A DNA stretch of 64,000 nt from Asterias rubens (Eukaryota). Positions within the stretch are counted from its first letter, which is position 1; every line of letters begins with the position of its first letter. The notes under the pieces were generated by a model. The model saw only the letters and a program-made list of their open reading frames with translations. It did not search any database and had not been told where the DNA came from. A program made the position numbers and the translations under genes. Of this stretch, positions 9,601 through 22,300 are shown piece by piece. Where the stretch lies: positions 3,286,001 to 3,350,000 of the forward strand of contig NC_047071.1 of NCBI RefSeq assembly GCF_902459465.1. Direction: 5' to 3'.

Positions 9601-12444
9601 AAGAGACATCAATCAGAGCATTTGAGTGGATGTCTGCCCTTCTGAGACCGAGACTTCAATAGGGAAAATTGAGAATGAGATACATGTAGTGAGCGCAAAA
9701 CAGATCTCAAGACCAGAACTACATACAAACTATAGTTTGAACATCTGGAATAACTTGCACTGAAGTCCGGACATATCCTACTGTATTGTGGGCAGGCATT
9801 GACGCAGGTTGTGACTCACAAGGAAAATGAACATGTACTTTATAGCAGAAATTGTTTTTCCAAAATAAATATCAAAAATCATAAGTATCCGACACCAAAC
9901 CAAAAGCTCTCTGTTTAAACTTACATTCAAATGCAGTAATGGAACCATCCTGTAGGACTTGGGCAATCACATCCTAAACAGAGAAAGGAACTGAATTATT
10001 TAATGAAAATACAAACTTACTCACTTTATACAAACTATCATTATACAGCATACAAAATTACAAGAGCAGTGTAATGTAAATCCAGATCCACATATGAAAC
10101 TATTTCTACGTTTTAATATTGTTTTTCGTTATTTCACAATTAAATACTCCTTTTACAGTAGGTGGCCATTTGATCATGTTTATCATATATATTTCAAATG
10201 CACATTGGAGACCAGTGTAGTTGTTTTTGATGAAACAGTGTTCTACCAGCTGAACTATCGGATAACTTTCCGTATGGCGCCACCACCTTTCACTCATTTT
10301 TACAAAAAGGGATATCTCATTGAGGTAAATTAGATACTACAGTCGTTTGACCAGTTCTGGATCACATTTTGAATTAACATTGTTTTTTGTTGCAATCTCT
10401 TTGATATCTTAAACAAAAAAGTTTATCAGTTTACCTAAACATGACATAAAACTCACCAAGTATTCACTGACAAAAAAAGATTAGTTCTTTTTTAAAGAGG
10501 CTAAGAGAAAAGTATCGTCACCTGTTTGACCAGTTCAGGATCAGTTGAATCTATTCTGAATCAGTAGAGTGCCCTTTATTGCAAACCTATACTCCATTCA
10601 TAAAACTGTCTCTCAAGGACACGAAACTTCAGGGGTGTGTTGGCATGTACTTGGACTTCCTTTCTTTAGTGAATGTCATGCAAGTGTCTTCAATAGCAGC
10701 GCAAAAACCCAGCGACAAAACCACAAAACAACAGCAAAGGCAAATGAAAAAGTGAAGCGAACCTAAAAAGCATTATTGACCCCTCCAAGTTTAAAAAAAA
10801 TCTACAAGAATTTGTTGAAGTAATGTTTCTCAAAATCAACTCAATAAACTTTCTACTGCAGTAGTATGATTTTATCTTACTTAGTAAGTTACTGGGGCAC
10901 CATTTGACGCAATGAGATGTTGAGTGATCCCGAACTGGTCAAGGGTAAATTGCCCCCCCCCCCCAAAAAAGAAGATTTGGGTAACTTCGTCTCCTCAAAA
11001 AAACAAAATGACTGCAGAGTATTTACAGGAATTTTTTTTTACACATTCTTATCATTTTACATAAATATTTTTTGCCCTGGCACTCCAATAATTCTAAAGG
11101 TAAGAAGTTTTAACAGTGTTTTTCAACCAAAATTTTTAAACAAAAAAATGATCAATTTCGCAGACAACCTTCAGGAAAACGGCCATAATTTATTTGCTGA
11201 TGATGTTTGGCATCTTATTTTTGGGTTTGTTGGTTTAATGGGTGTTAATCTTCACTTTTATCAACAGAAATTGGTAATAATGAGAAGTGATATAATTATT
11301 TGGTTATTGCAAAGTTGACGTGATCCCGAACCGGTCAATGATCCCGAACTGGTCAAATGACTGTATATTATTTCATATCGAATGAAAAAGTGGTGGCGCC
11401 ATACGGAAACTTTTCCGAACTATCTCATGTAGCACAAAATGTTGGCGGTGTCCCTAGCCAATGATTATTTTCTCAATATGATTGATTGATTGAACCTAAA
11501 ATTGTTTAAAATTTACCCAGTGGCCCCTCTGTAGCCCCATAAATAGTGCCAAATATGCTGGGCGTATTTGGCACTATTTATGGGGCTTATCCCTAGAGCT
11601 GCTGTCACTTTCCAAGTTGTATCGACTATCGTAAACTTTGGTGTGATCCCTAGTGGATCCCTAGCGGATACGATTTTGAACCCACAACCTAGCAAAATTG
11701 GGTCCTACTACTTGCCGTCAACTCACATGCGCCGTCAACTCGCCGTCAACTCGCCGTCAACTCCTCCAATATACATTTAAAATCCACAAAAGAAGCAGAG
11801 AACAGTAAAGTATAAGCTCAAAAAGAATTCATGTAAGTTTTAGGTCATATTTCGAAAAAAAAAATTAGTTTTTTTCTCGTGAAAAAATTATCTCGAAGCA
11901 GCAAAACCGTCGGCCGCCATCTTGCTTTTTCACAATGATTAGTCTTGGCCCAAGATGTCAATGATTGTTTTTTTTTTTTTATCAACACAAGTGAAAGTCG
12001 TTTTTGTGAATGAATTTTTACCGAAAACCATGAAAAGTATGTAGCTTAGCCCAGAGTTAACACTTCAGTGGCCATTTCCGTATGGCGCCACCACTTTATC
12101 ATTCGAAATAAAATAGTATCTAATTTACGTGATTGATATATCCCTTTTTTTTTGTCAAAATGAGTGAAAAAGTGGTGGCGCCATACGGAAAGTTATCCGA
12201 TTGTTCATGTAAATTTAATGAGTTGACGGCACGGAAAATGAGTTGACGGCGAGTTGACGGCGAGTTACGGCAAGTGCGAGTTGACGGCAAGTATGGGGAG
12301 TTGTATAGGACCGGCAACATTTAGAACCAGAAATGTAATGCTCACCAGGACGTCTTGAAATGATACATGCGGCGACTGAACAGTCCAATCGACATTTTCC
12401 CCATGTTGGTTCGTAATCCGTATCACAACAGGCTGTGTCGTCAT
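694..12444 (-). CDS. MAP2K5: Dual-specificity MAP kinase kinase 5 (MEK5), 5' part; gene continues beyond the left edge
   Basis: Phase-consistent GT-AG exons on the minus strand: 12444-12346 (MTTQPVVIRITNQHGENVDWTVQSPHVSFQDVL), 9973-9925 (DVIAQVLQDGSITAFE), 8175-8108 (YEDEDGDRITVRSNDEMQAMMAY, PB1 OPCA motif), 7266-7197, an uncertain exon 5 inside the 4.5-5.2 kb repeat, 4427-4299 (less certain), 4067-4022 (RQQDAELREILATGQ), 3638-3574 (LGHGHSGSVYK, Gly-rich loop), 1446-1407 (ARHVATNNIMAIK), 762-694 (VISVDITPDVQKQILSELQILYK). A PB1 domain followed by a STE7-type kinase N-lobe is diagnostic of MEK5, and the sequence matches human MAP2K5 as I recall it. Confidence 0.93.
985..1392 (+). mobile_element. 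Two tandem copies of a tRNA-derived SINE-like element (first copy 5'-truncated)
   Basis: About 150 bp is shared between ~985-1140 and ~1243-1392, with A-box-like TAGTCTAGTTGG and B-box GGTTCGAATCCC. A third copy lies in reverse at ~25048-25215. Confidence 0.7.
1906..2279. mobile_element. TTAA-flanked MITE family K2 (Kolobok-like); copies at 1906-2279, 5673-6034, 8612-8984, 26322-26690
   Basis: About 370 bp, TIR TTAAAGCCATTATACACTTTCGGTA / TACCGAAAGTGTATAATGGCTTTAA, four near-identical copies. TTAA TSD with AG...CT termini fits Kolobok rather than piggyBac (CC termini). Confidence 0.85.
2540..2725. repeat. Two-copy tandem duplication of about 80-85 bp in a MAP2K5 intron
   Basis: gacatctcctggtgctctttgtaa...gacaagg...cacagaaagactgaatccttcata occurs twice. 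Confidence 0.75.
2848..3372. mobile_element. Non-autonomous element with a long terminal hairpin (GAGGTGAAGCCGAG loop)
   Basis: Imperfect palindrome 2848-3010 centred on gaggtgaagccga; the other end reads ccaatgag...gggtgttataa. Same architecture as 43812-44340. Family assignment is uncertain. Confidence 0.55.
4497..5185. repeat. 125-bp minisatellite (about 5.5 units, six copies of the core) overlapping MAP2K5 exon 5
   Basis: Core cccataatgtagactgattccgctatctgcacctttggggacagttcctgtag starts near 4535, 4613, 4738, 4863, 4988 and 5113. Period is 125 except the first (78). Confidence 0.95.
6287..6718. mobile_element. TTAA-flanked MITE family K3 (Kolobok-like); copies at 6287-6718, 7629-8011 (5'-clipped), 31123-31502
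   Basis: TIR TTAAAGGAACACGTTGCCTTGGATC / GATCCAAGGCAACGTGTTCCTTTAA, with an internal palindrome cggtcggccatttatgggagtcaaaa-tttgactcccataaatggccgaccg. Confidence 0.85.
6791..7170. mobile_element. TTAA-flanked MITE family K1 (Kolobok-like), 13 copies or fragments in the window
   Basis: About 385 bp, TIR TTAAAGGCAGTGGACACTATTGGTAATT. Copies at ~6791-7170, 9206-9591, ~13825-13965 (fragment), 15132-15518, 17291-17676, 23770-24161, 27899-28284, 40222-40649 (internal ~42-bp duplication), ~47366-47750, 52055-52439, 57442-57820, 62353-62751, 63789-64000 (cut by the window edge). Confidence 0.92.
8220..8305. repeat. (AATTC)n pentanucleotide microsatellite
   Basis: About 16-17 near-perfect tcaat units just upstream of the MAP2K5 exon 3 acceptor. 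Confidence 0.95.
10340..11363. mobile_element. About 1.0-kb non-autonomous Tc1/mariner-like element
   Basis: TA|CAGTCGTTTGACCAGTTCTGGATCAC ... GATCCCGAACTGGTCAAATGACTG|TA: TIR plus TA TSD, with internal repeats of gatcccgaactggtcaa. No transposase ORF seen. Confidence 0.8.
11701..12312. mobile_element. MITE with subterminal (GTTGACGGC)n repeats
   Basis: GGTCCTA-cttgccgtcaactc repeats at the left end mirror gagttgacggc repeats and TAGGACC at the right end. Confidence 0.65.
12068..12200. mobile_element. Small MITE (~135 bp, TIR TTCCGTATGGCGCCACCAC); a second copy at 10258-11418 is split by the Tc1-like insertion
   Basis: The reverse complement of 12077-12200 matches 10258-10339 joined to 11364-11418. 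Confidence 0.75.
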
Positions 12445-13069
12445 ATTAACAGCTTATTAACAAACATAGTTTGAAGAAAAAACTGGGCTCAAACAAACTG
12501 AATTCATACAATTAGACTTAAAAAAACTGAGAGGGCCATGCAATCGGTATCGTTTGACGATTCTTATTTCCGACTGACCAAAAACCATAGAGTAGTATAC
12601 GTCGTGTATCTGTACGTAGTAGTGCAACGTGTCTGTATAGCTAAAGTGACTGCGTAGGTACCAGACTGTGTATAGTTCGTTTGTAGTCAATATTGATCCT
12701 TTGCTCCACTGTGTTTGGGCGTGGTCAAATGAAAACAGAATGGGTGTGGTCACGATTGAAACCATTAGCCTAGATTCCAAACGCGTTAAACGATTTACCT
12801 AGAATAATCAAAGATATTTATGAGAAACGAGTACGTGAGAGAGAGGAAATTTTATCGGAAAATTGTAAGCTAAACCAACAAGTGCATTTATATTTTGACC
12901 AAGTGTAATGTTGTGGTGCTGCGGTCCGAGAGCCAATAACATCAGGCTCGTAACCCATACCACTCCAGGAACATACATAATTGGTAAGAAAAACAGTTCC
13001 TAGATCAAGCTACCCTTATTGCGTTGTAATTCGTTTTGGATACTATATGAGGAGAGTTTTTATCAAGCC

Positions 13070-13720
13070 GACCATGGGCGTCAATCGGGGGGGGGGGGGG
13101 ACAGGGAGACATGTCCCCCACCATTTGGAGGGTGGGGGACACAATATCAAATGCCCCCCCCCCCATCTTTTTGACCACCTTTATCATGAAGCCCAAGTTT
13201 TGCACTGTGTAAGACGAAACCCTGTGTCCCTATAATATGGGCATTAATCTTGTGGGCAAAGGATGACACAATATCCCCCCCCTCAAAATTGGCCCTAGAT
13301 AGCAACACAGAGCATCTAAAATGCAAAATTTTCCCGGGCCCTTAATCGGGCCCGCACCCCGAGCCGTAAAGGCTTCTCACGCACATGCTCCATCGTTGAC
13401 AGATTTGCACCTCCCCCTTGAAAGAGTGGAAGGGACGTGTACCCCACCCCTCCCCCACCCCACCCCATTTTCGAAGGGTGGGGGGGGGGGGACACAGTAT
13501 CAAATGTTCCCCGTGTCGTTTGACCACCTTTATCATGAAAATCGTGTTTTGCACTATGGAACTGTGGAGCACTGGAACACAATATTCACACAGCTCATTG
13601 TTCTGTTTCGTTTGCCATTTGGCCGCTAAAATGGCCTAAAGATTGCACCACAGAGCATCTAAAAACACAAAAATTTCGGACCCATGCCGTAAAGGTTTCA
13701 CACTCACGTGTCACTCTTTG
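13070..13720. repeat. Diverged direct duplication of a poly-G/poly-C-rich repeat element
   Basis: gggggacacaatatcaaatg...tttgaccacctttatcatgaa...ttttgcact and cacagagcatctaaaa each occur twice, about 360 bp apart. Confidence 0.65.
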
Positions 13721-14853
13721 ACAGTATATTTCCCCCATCAAACTTGGTTCATAGATCCGCACTTGAAGATGCTGTCAACCCAAAAGGTTCTACTGCAGCC
13801 CAATTCAATCATTTATTAAGTGGACAATTAATTCTTTCTCGAAAACTACGTTACTTAAGAGGAAGCCGTTTCTCACAATGTTTTATACTGAACAGCTCTC
13901 CATTGTTTGTTACAAAGTAAGTTTTTGCTAACAATTATTTTATTGGAAATACCAATAGTGTCCCCTTCCTCGAAGCACGACTTCTTGTAATAATCTAATT
14001 TAGTTTAGATCCAAAACCTGTGCCACGCATCAAGCTTAGAACAATGTCAAGCTATGCATTATTGTCGCTCCACACTTTAATTAACAACTATACAAACAAA
14101 ACTTCCAATATTATTGTGTTTATTTAATCATTTCACTTCTCGGTATATAATGTTTAAAAAATATGATCATACAAGTATGCAACAATGCAAAACAGACACA
14201 TAATTTTCATATGCATGTTCATCTGTGACGATGTCATGCTTTTAATATAATGCAGTCAACTTTTTTGCAACAAACTCTCTTTTGAAGTACTATACGTGTT
14301 ATTATTCCTCGTTAAAGGGATTGTAGCTTGGTAATGGACCTTGTGCTTGTTTTAATCCTATGTAGGTTTTTCAGACAGGAAGAATAATCTGCAAATAGAA
14401 TTCACTTATGAGAAGCGTTACAGTGATAGTTTTTCACAGTGATAGTTTTTCGGAATAAAATGTGGTATCTATTTTGAATCGGCCTACTTTCGAGTCACTA
14501 CGAAACGTAAGTGTGCAACCTTTAACGTCTGACAACGTACAAGTCAGAAATCTACTCTCATCCTTTTAACAAACTTTTAAGTTCCCAAGGGATGTTGTTA
14601 TCGAAGATTGAGAAGAGACTCCTATTTAGTTTTTGTATTTTGTGTTTGCAGCTGCACTCAGTGAGGGCCTACCTTCAATCGGCAATAGTATGACTGTCCA
14701 GCGCCTATACATAAAACATACAACATGTTCGTTACAGATTCTCAATACATGAGTGAAACCCTAAAAAAAATCGATCATTGTTGACTCATTACGAACCCAT
14801 TTTAACTTGTTTTACTGCTTAGTTTGAAAGCTCTTTAGCAGGTAGAGAACCCT

Positions 14854-17800
14854 TTAGTGTTTAACGAAGAGTGATTTGAGCTCATCGTTGGTTGTAGTTT
14901 CACTGTGTTGTTTCAGGATATCGTCACCCTGAGTGACACCCCACTGGTCGGGTGTAGATAGAGCTGCACTCAATGGTCGGCCACTGGATGGTTGAAGATT
15001 CTCCCAATACTCTCGACGAGCCCTGTATGGAAGAAACCATAATGATTATGTCTTAATGTGAACATCAGAATCGAATCGTCGAAAAAAAAATCTAATGATT
15101 GTTCAGTATGAACCGAATGGATCTTTAATCATTAAAGGCAGTGGACACTATTGGTAATTGTCAAAGACGAGCCTTCACAGTTGGTGTATCTCAACATATG
15201 CATAAAATAACAAACCTGTGAAAATTCGAGCTCAATCGGTCATCGAACTTGCGAGATAATAGTGAAAGAAAAAAACACCCTTGTCACACGAAGTTGTGTG
15301 CGTTTAGATGGTTGATTTCGAGACCTCAAGTTCTAAACCTGAGGTCTCGAAATCAAATTCGTGGAAAATTACTTCTTTCTCGAAAACTATGGCACTTCAG
15401 AGGGAGCCGTTTCTCACAATGTTTTATACCATCAACCTCTCCCCATTACTCGTCACCAAGAAAGTTTTTTTGCTAATAAATATTTTGAGTAATTACCAAC
15501 AGTGTCCACTGCCTTTAAGACAAGGCAATTTTAGTACAAGAAATCGCAAAAGACTTTTTGTCTAACCACGCGGACGTGACGTTTTGTAGAATTTGAATTC
15601 GTTTTTTTGCAGGACTTGGTACTCTGAATTCAACAGTCAACAACATGGCTGACGACTACCGCATCAAAGGTTAATTTTTCACCACAAGCAAACGTTTGAA
15701 TATTGTGATTGTCTAGTTTGTTTTTGTTTTTGTCTAGTTGAATTATTACGGGTGTAGATGAATGGATGTTGTTTTACCTAGCTCTGACCCATGGTTTGGT
15801 ATGTTGCCTCAAACCATCACCCCACATCCCGTGCTTCTTAGAACCTTCAGGTAGTCGGCCACGCTCCTTAGCGAGCTCCTCGGCCATAGCTCTGATATGA
15901 TACGGTTCGAATCCACAACAAGCTCCGATGAAACGAACTCCAAGATTGTAGGCTTCTCTTGCGTACCGATGGGCATCCCAACGTGTTATAATACGTGGTT
16001 CTAAGCCTGTAAATAGATACCATTAATCACAAGTCATTAAAGTGCTTACACAAAAGACAATGTTAGCGAAAAACAACTTAACGTCATAGTTTTTTATTAA
16101 GAAAATATAGATATTGAATAACAAGAAGAAGACTTATGCAGACTCACCAAAGGGAAACTCGGGCAGATCAATGAATCCTTGCTTCTTGGCGTCTGGGGTC
16201 TTGAAGCCTAGCGGTTGTGCAATCAAATGCTTCTTAAAACCTGCCCCTTCCAATCCCTCCTTCATCTTCTTGATCCCAGCTAGAGTCACATCCGGGTCAA
16301 AGTGACAGTTGATTCCGATGACGTCAGCTCCTAAGGGAGAAAGATTCAATATTGTAACCATTATGATATTGCTATCTTTTAGGTATGCATTTGAAATAAG
16401 AAATATTGTTTAGTTTACCGCAGATGAGTTACATTAAGTATAAACATGTTTGATGTAAAATTTAAAACAAATTGTCACAGCCCATAATCAGGTTCTTCCA
16501 CAGAGTCACCATTAATACTTGGATCAGAAGTCCCCGAAACAGAATGTTATAGCTCTAATTGGAAGTTCTGAATTTATTGAAAAGGTTAACCTTTATTTCT
16601 AACTGACCTGCTTGAGCCATTTTGACGGCACATTCTCCAGCAGAGACGCCGTGCATGTCACCCTCGGGACCGATACACATCGTAGCCACACAAGCCATGT
16701 CTGGACAACTCTTTTTAACTGATTCAATAGCCCAAGTCATCTCTTCAACATGCTCATAATACTGTTGAGGAATCAAACACACGGTCAGAAGTTATTTTAA
16801 ACAATATTAGTTGTTGTTTCTGTTGCATACACATTAAATTCTATAAAACTTTACAGAAGACCATCACTACTTCGTTTAATACATATTGTCACCTTACCTC
16901 TGCAATCATAAAGTCCACCTTGTTTTCAAGAAACACTGTAAGTTGTTTCTCAAACTCTTTCTGGACAGCTTCTTTTCCTTTGCCTGACAGGTAGGATGGT
17001 GTTTGTGAAATACCGCCTGCGACTAAAGCATCACCCTCATTCGCAACCTCTCGAGCAATATCGCATGCTTTCTTGTTGATTAAGGCTCCCTAAAGAAAGA
17101 CACACAAATAACGGTTAACATTATTATATCATGAGCACAATTTGTTTTTAAATACTGTTAGCGTTGTTTGCACGTCTGCCGAGTGTCTTACATGACCTCA
17201 ACAAGTTTTTTTTGTGTTTTTTATAGAAGCAGTATGTTCTTTGTTTGTTCACTTTTATCAGTGTATACATCGCATCAGTTGCATGGATGCTTAAAGGCAG
17301 TGGACACTATTGGTAATTACTCAAAATAATTATGAGCGTGAAACCTTTCTTAGTGACGAGTAATGGGGAGAGTTTGATGGTATAAAACATTGTGAGAAAT
17401 GGCTCCCTCTGAAGTGCCATAGTTTTCGAGAAAGAAGTAATTTTCCACAAATTTGATTTTGAGACCTCAAGTTTAGAACTTCAGGTCTCGAAATCAACCA
17501 TCTAAACGCACACAACTTCCTTTGACAAGGATGTTTTTTCTTTCATTATTATCTCGCAAGTTCGTTGACCAATTGAGCTCAAATTTTCACAGGTTTGTTG
17601 TTTTATGCATATGTGGAGATACACCAACTGTGAAGGGTAGTCTTTGACAATTACCGATAGTATCCACTACCTTTAAAGTTACTTACGGAGTATTTTGTTT
17701 GTGCCTCATTACCACGGTTTTGCAACTTGTCGTCACTAGCATAGAAAGTAAATGTCTGCATGACGTCAGATCCAGCACGGAGGAAATCACGATGAAGCTG

Positions 17801-19379
17801 ACGAACTAAATAAAATAATATATATAAATGTAATTTGCAATTAATAATATATCTATTATCTATTAGATATAGAATTATTGATCATTGTGGTAATATTTGT
17901 TTTAATAACTATTTTTTCACACTATACAATCACAACCGAAATATAGGTTGGTGAGCACAATGTTTACGCACAAAATATGTACGATTTAAAGAAAAAACTA
18001 AATTTTCCATTCCCCTTTTGGCAATAATGTTTGTTTAGGTTTGTTTGTCCGTCATTCCATTGGACTGCTTACCAGCTTCTGGGTTTTCTACGGTGGCCTC
18101 TGGTGTCCATGGACCTGCCTTCACATAGCCACGTTTCTCAAGTGCAAACACGAAACCACCGTCTCCAATGACGACTTCCCCAGCATCCAACCGCTCCATA
18201 AGGCCCTGTAGAAAGTGCAGGCAAAACATTTAGCCCGAAAACCGTTAAACGATGTTTTGTGGTAGATTTTGCATACGTTCATAATGCAGTTTTGGTTTCG
18301 TTGAATCGATCGAAATAAGTGACGTTGGTAGTACCTCGATGCCCTCCGCGTTTTATTGTAGGCCAAAATATGTTGATCTAAATATATATAATTAAATTGG
18401 AAATGGATTATGCAGGTATGCGCTTCAGAAAGCTTTATGAACGAAAATTAAACTATCTGGGGTATTTCTTTTTATCTGGATCTAATAATCATTTAAGCTT
18501 ACCCTGGACCACCCCTCTGCTTGTTTATTATGTAAACTATTATAATGTTTACCAGGCTGATGTTTACACACCTATATCGATAAAGCTTGGTCGCAGGTCA
18601 ATATTTTAAGTAGGTCTTTATTGGGCATTGTATTATTATGCAGCTATACTGTAGCTGGGTGGTAAACCAAAGTCCAACCACAGTGTGTTATCCGTGCCAT
18701 CTATCCCGACGTAGCTTTAAGCATGGAAGTAGAAATCCTCCATGATTTGAGTAAAGCATACCCTGTGGGTTTAAATCGCCAACGCGATCCTTGGGTAACA
18801 GTTCCACGCCGTTTTTCAACGAAATTGACAACGAAACTATAAACTTTAAAAAGTTAACTTTGTACGTTTTGAGGAAACTGAATTAAGGATTATTTTGTTG
18901 CAGGAACTGAAACTTTTGGTCCCGATTTGGGGGCGGGTGCTCGAAAGGTGATCTAATGCAGATTTTCAATTTTACTATGACTTCATATCCCAATCAATTT
19001 GGGATAATTCAAAGTTGTTCACATTTGAATAAAACAAGATTTTACGTTCAAGTAACGCATTGGGTGTAGGCCTACTGGCAGTCGGCTCAGTATTCTCCGG
19101 CGAAAAACTTTCCATTTATAATTAAGTTGTATTAAAAACTATTCAGAACAGTTTACAAGTGCTTCGACATGTTGATCAATCAAGTAGCGTAACAACAATA
19201 CAAACAGTAGGCCTAATCCTATAGAAATAAATAATAAGTTAAGCATCTGTCGTAACTTAAGACTTCAGAATATCGAGAAAATAATATTAACAAACGAGTA
19301 AAGGTAGTCAGGTTGTGAATTTCAATTTTTGTTTAGTCAAATTATTATTGTGTGAAATTAAGTTTACCTTTTTGGACAT
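14854..19379 (-). CDS. BHMT: Betaine-homocysteine S-methyltransferase, 8 coding exons, about 396 aa
   Basis: Exons 19379-19368 (MSKK), 18205-18073, 17805-17687, 17089-16898, 16761-16608, 16330-16148, 16006-15778, 15022-14854 sum to 1191 nt in frame. Motifs: [51 protein letters not shown], Zn ligands TMCIGP and [14 protein letters not shown], and the C-terminal ARREYWENL oligomerisation arm (BHMT rather than BHMT2). Confidence 0.97.
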
Positions 19380-22300
19380 GTTGATGGTTTGAAGGCGTGT
19401 GGCACCTAAGAACAGTGGTATGCTGCAGAGTGTGGGCGAGAGCTCCTCGAGCGTGGAAGAGTAGCAGGGAAGTGGCCGAGTTTAGGTCATGACTATCACT
19501 ACAGGTGTTCACCTGTTAAGGTATGATAAAGAATCGAAACCGTTTAAACCACTCATATTATTAGAAGTGGAGTCGATTCCATGGCATGGAATCACACGTT
19601 TAGTTACATCTATGAATACTCGTATTGTGATGTCGTGGTTGTCATCCAATCGAAACATTGTCATTCGAAGTAATCGAATCGAATCTGTTGGGTTTTATGT
19701 TTGTACTTCGGTGTTGATCAAACTAGTTTCCACCAGAACAAACTGGTTTTTATAATCCTAGATTTATTCCATTTTCAAATGAGTTCAAAAGTCCAATAGT
19801 TGAGCTGTAGTGCATGCAAATTAAACAACATTTCAAATTTCCAGCAGAAGAACTCAAATTGAAACAAGGTAACTAAATTTTCTTTAGTTCATCACGAAAT
19901 GTAAATCTTCATTAATTTTTCTTTTTATAAGAAAGTTTCATTTGTAGTAGTCAGAAGTAGGCTGTGTACCGCCTCAGTATGAGCAGTACCATGCATATAC
20001 ACGCACAAGGCTGTGAAGCTGAGCTTCCAACACCACCAGTATGAAGTTCATGCGAAGCACAGTTTAAAACCATCGAGCATTATGTCTCAAACGGCAATAA
20101 TATCTCATGGTTTTGAAAGTATACAATGACTATTATAGATTCCGGCTTTCTTCCTGCCTTTCAGCACCAATCTTAAAACTATGGTTGGTATTATTATCAT
20201 CTACACGCAATGAAAACGATTTGGTGTTGACGAGGCCCAGCATGCAAATTATGCCATTGACAAAAACGGGAGCCTCAAGCATCACACAACGGTTGATATT
20301 GAGTTGCATTACTACTGTCAGGAAACGTTTTCATTGTATTATTTTCAATAAAATGATTGTCATTTGCAATAACCAGGCCCGAGTCACACGAAACACTATG
20401 ATTAAAGATTTGAGGTTCTGAAAACAGAGAGTGGAATAAGTTTGAGGATACCGTTTGAAAAAAAAGTTTAACTTAACCAAACGGTATCCTCAAATTTATT
20501 CCACTCTCTTATGATGTCAGCACCTCACTGTTTAGACTCCCTATAAAGAACAATGTTGTGTTTTTTGGTTTTTGTCTTCTTCTTGTTTTCTAGTTTTACC
20601 CGAAAAGGGGTGGGGGGAGGTAGGGTTCTTCTTCTTATTATTATTGGCCAGGGCAGGATACCTATCGTTATTATTGTAAAGTTATCGCAGGAAGCTCATA
20701 GTTATCTCCTTTTTAAACCGGTTAGTTCTGGCCCGTACCACACCAGGTTCAGACGAGCGCTCGAGGGTCACGGCCGAACCCATATGAATTATAATTGCAC
20801 GAAAAGTTCGACCTGAAACAGTGACTGGGTGTGCTGGATACCGAAAGATCAACTGTCTTACGTCGATCTTGCCATGAGCCGAACCTAATGCATTAGGGTA
20901 AAACATGGAGGTAGTAAAACAAATCATAGTTTCTTCTTCTTGGCATACATGAAGCTTATTTGCGAACGGCTCCTTCATTGTAAACTACACGTTTGTTTGT
21001 TTGTTTTTTTTGTTTTTTTTCTTTCTTTATTTCTTTCGTTGACAAAGGAAATATGCACCTGCTGTTATCGATTGCCGAAAACAATAAGAAACTTACTGTT
21101 CTATTTTACAACACGCAGCGGTAAACCGGGTGACGCCCCCCTCGAGCCCCCATCCCAAACAACATTGTCGCGTCGAATTAATAGCGCCCTCGTTTGACAT
21201 TAAATTTAGGCCTGCCACACACGTAAAAACAAAACACAGCGGACAAAATACAACTGCATCTAAATCCGCCGGACCTTCCGTACGACGGCTACGTCTGGCG
21301 TAAAAAACTTCAGTTTGCGACCATTTGGGTAGTATAACTTTACTTTTAATACGAACATGAACAAAATGTGGCTTTTTTAGAGCCGAGTTTATATCTATAT
21401 TTTCAGCAGGCCAGCGGCTGAATTACACTCTAACAAACGCTAGGTAGCGGATGACCTTGATCGAGCGCGTCAACACTACACTGGTCCTTGCTCTATGAAG
21501 AACACACAGTACACACCCTATTCTGGTACTTGCTACACTACCCAATTAATTAAGGGTGCTACTTATTATAGATCGGAACCCAATAGCTAACAATACCTGC
21601 TACCTCCAGTCTACTAATATTAGTTAGGCTCTAGCTGTACTTGAATAGTTACTTCGTCCATGGTTGTGCTATTTGTTATATGGGCCCACATTAACAATAA
21701 CAATTATTTATCAATACCCTGCAACTGTAGTACAGTAGTCTAGGTGATGTGGGATGTGGTCTGACTCTGGTACCATGGGTGAACTTGCACAAAAATAATC
21801 AAGTAGGCTAAACTTAAGTGTGACTATGTGACGATACTTTTATTGTGAATTATTCAGATGGACAGAGTAAGGACTTGCTCTATTGGCCCATGGAGGTAGA
21901 AATAGTTATTAAACTTATTTAAATTGGCCTCATAAATATTATACCCATACAAAACACGATCCTTCGCAGCTAGCCACTATGCGATAGTTGAAGTCTTCCC
22001 TATTGCATGAACTCTTTTTGTTTAAGCTGATTTTAATAATATTAATGTTCTGCAAACAAGAATCAGCATATTTTGTTCTCTTCATGACTAAAAAAACAAA
22101 AAAACTACGGGTTGTCCTTGGACTTTTTTTATATGTTTGCTTTAATAAAAAAAAAGGAGGGTAACAAACCTGTTTTAGATTGATGAGGGTGTTTTAGTCA
22201 CAGTTTATTACATTTTCTTGGAAGGCATTAGGCAATCATTATAAAAATCAGTTGTCGTCTTTCTAACATTTAAAAATGCTTCCTATTCCATAACCTTTTG

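Noticed and set aside
12700-12760. GC-box-like GGGCGTGGTC and GGGTGTGGTC upstream of the MAP2K5 ATG
   Set aside because: Plausible Sp/KLF sites, but too short to support without TSS or conservation data.
12981-13639. Cluster of overlapping Gly/Pro-rich ORFs
   Set aside because: They arise from poly-G/poly-C tracts of a duplicated repeat element and have no recognisable domain.
21357-21443. ATG at 21357 as the DMGDH start
   Set aside because: An in-frame TAG follows after 7 codons. The 22397 ATG gives an open, phase-compatible, transit-peptide-like exon.
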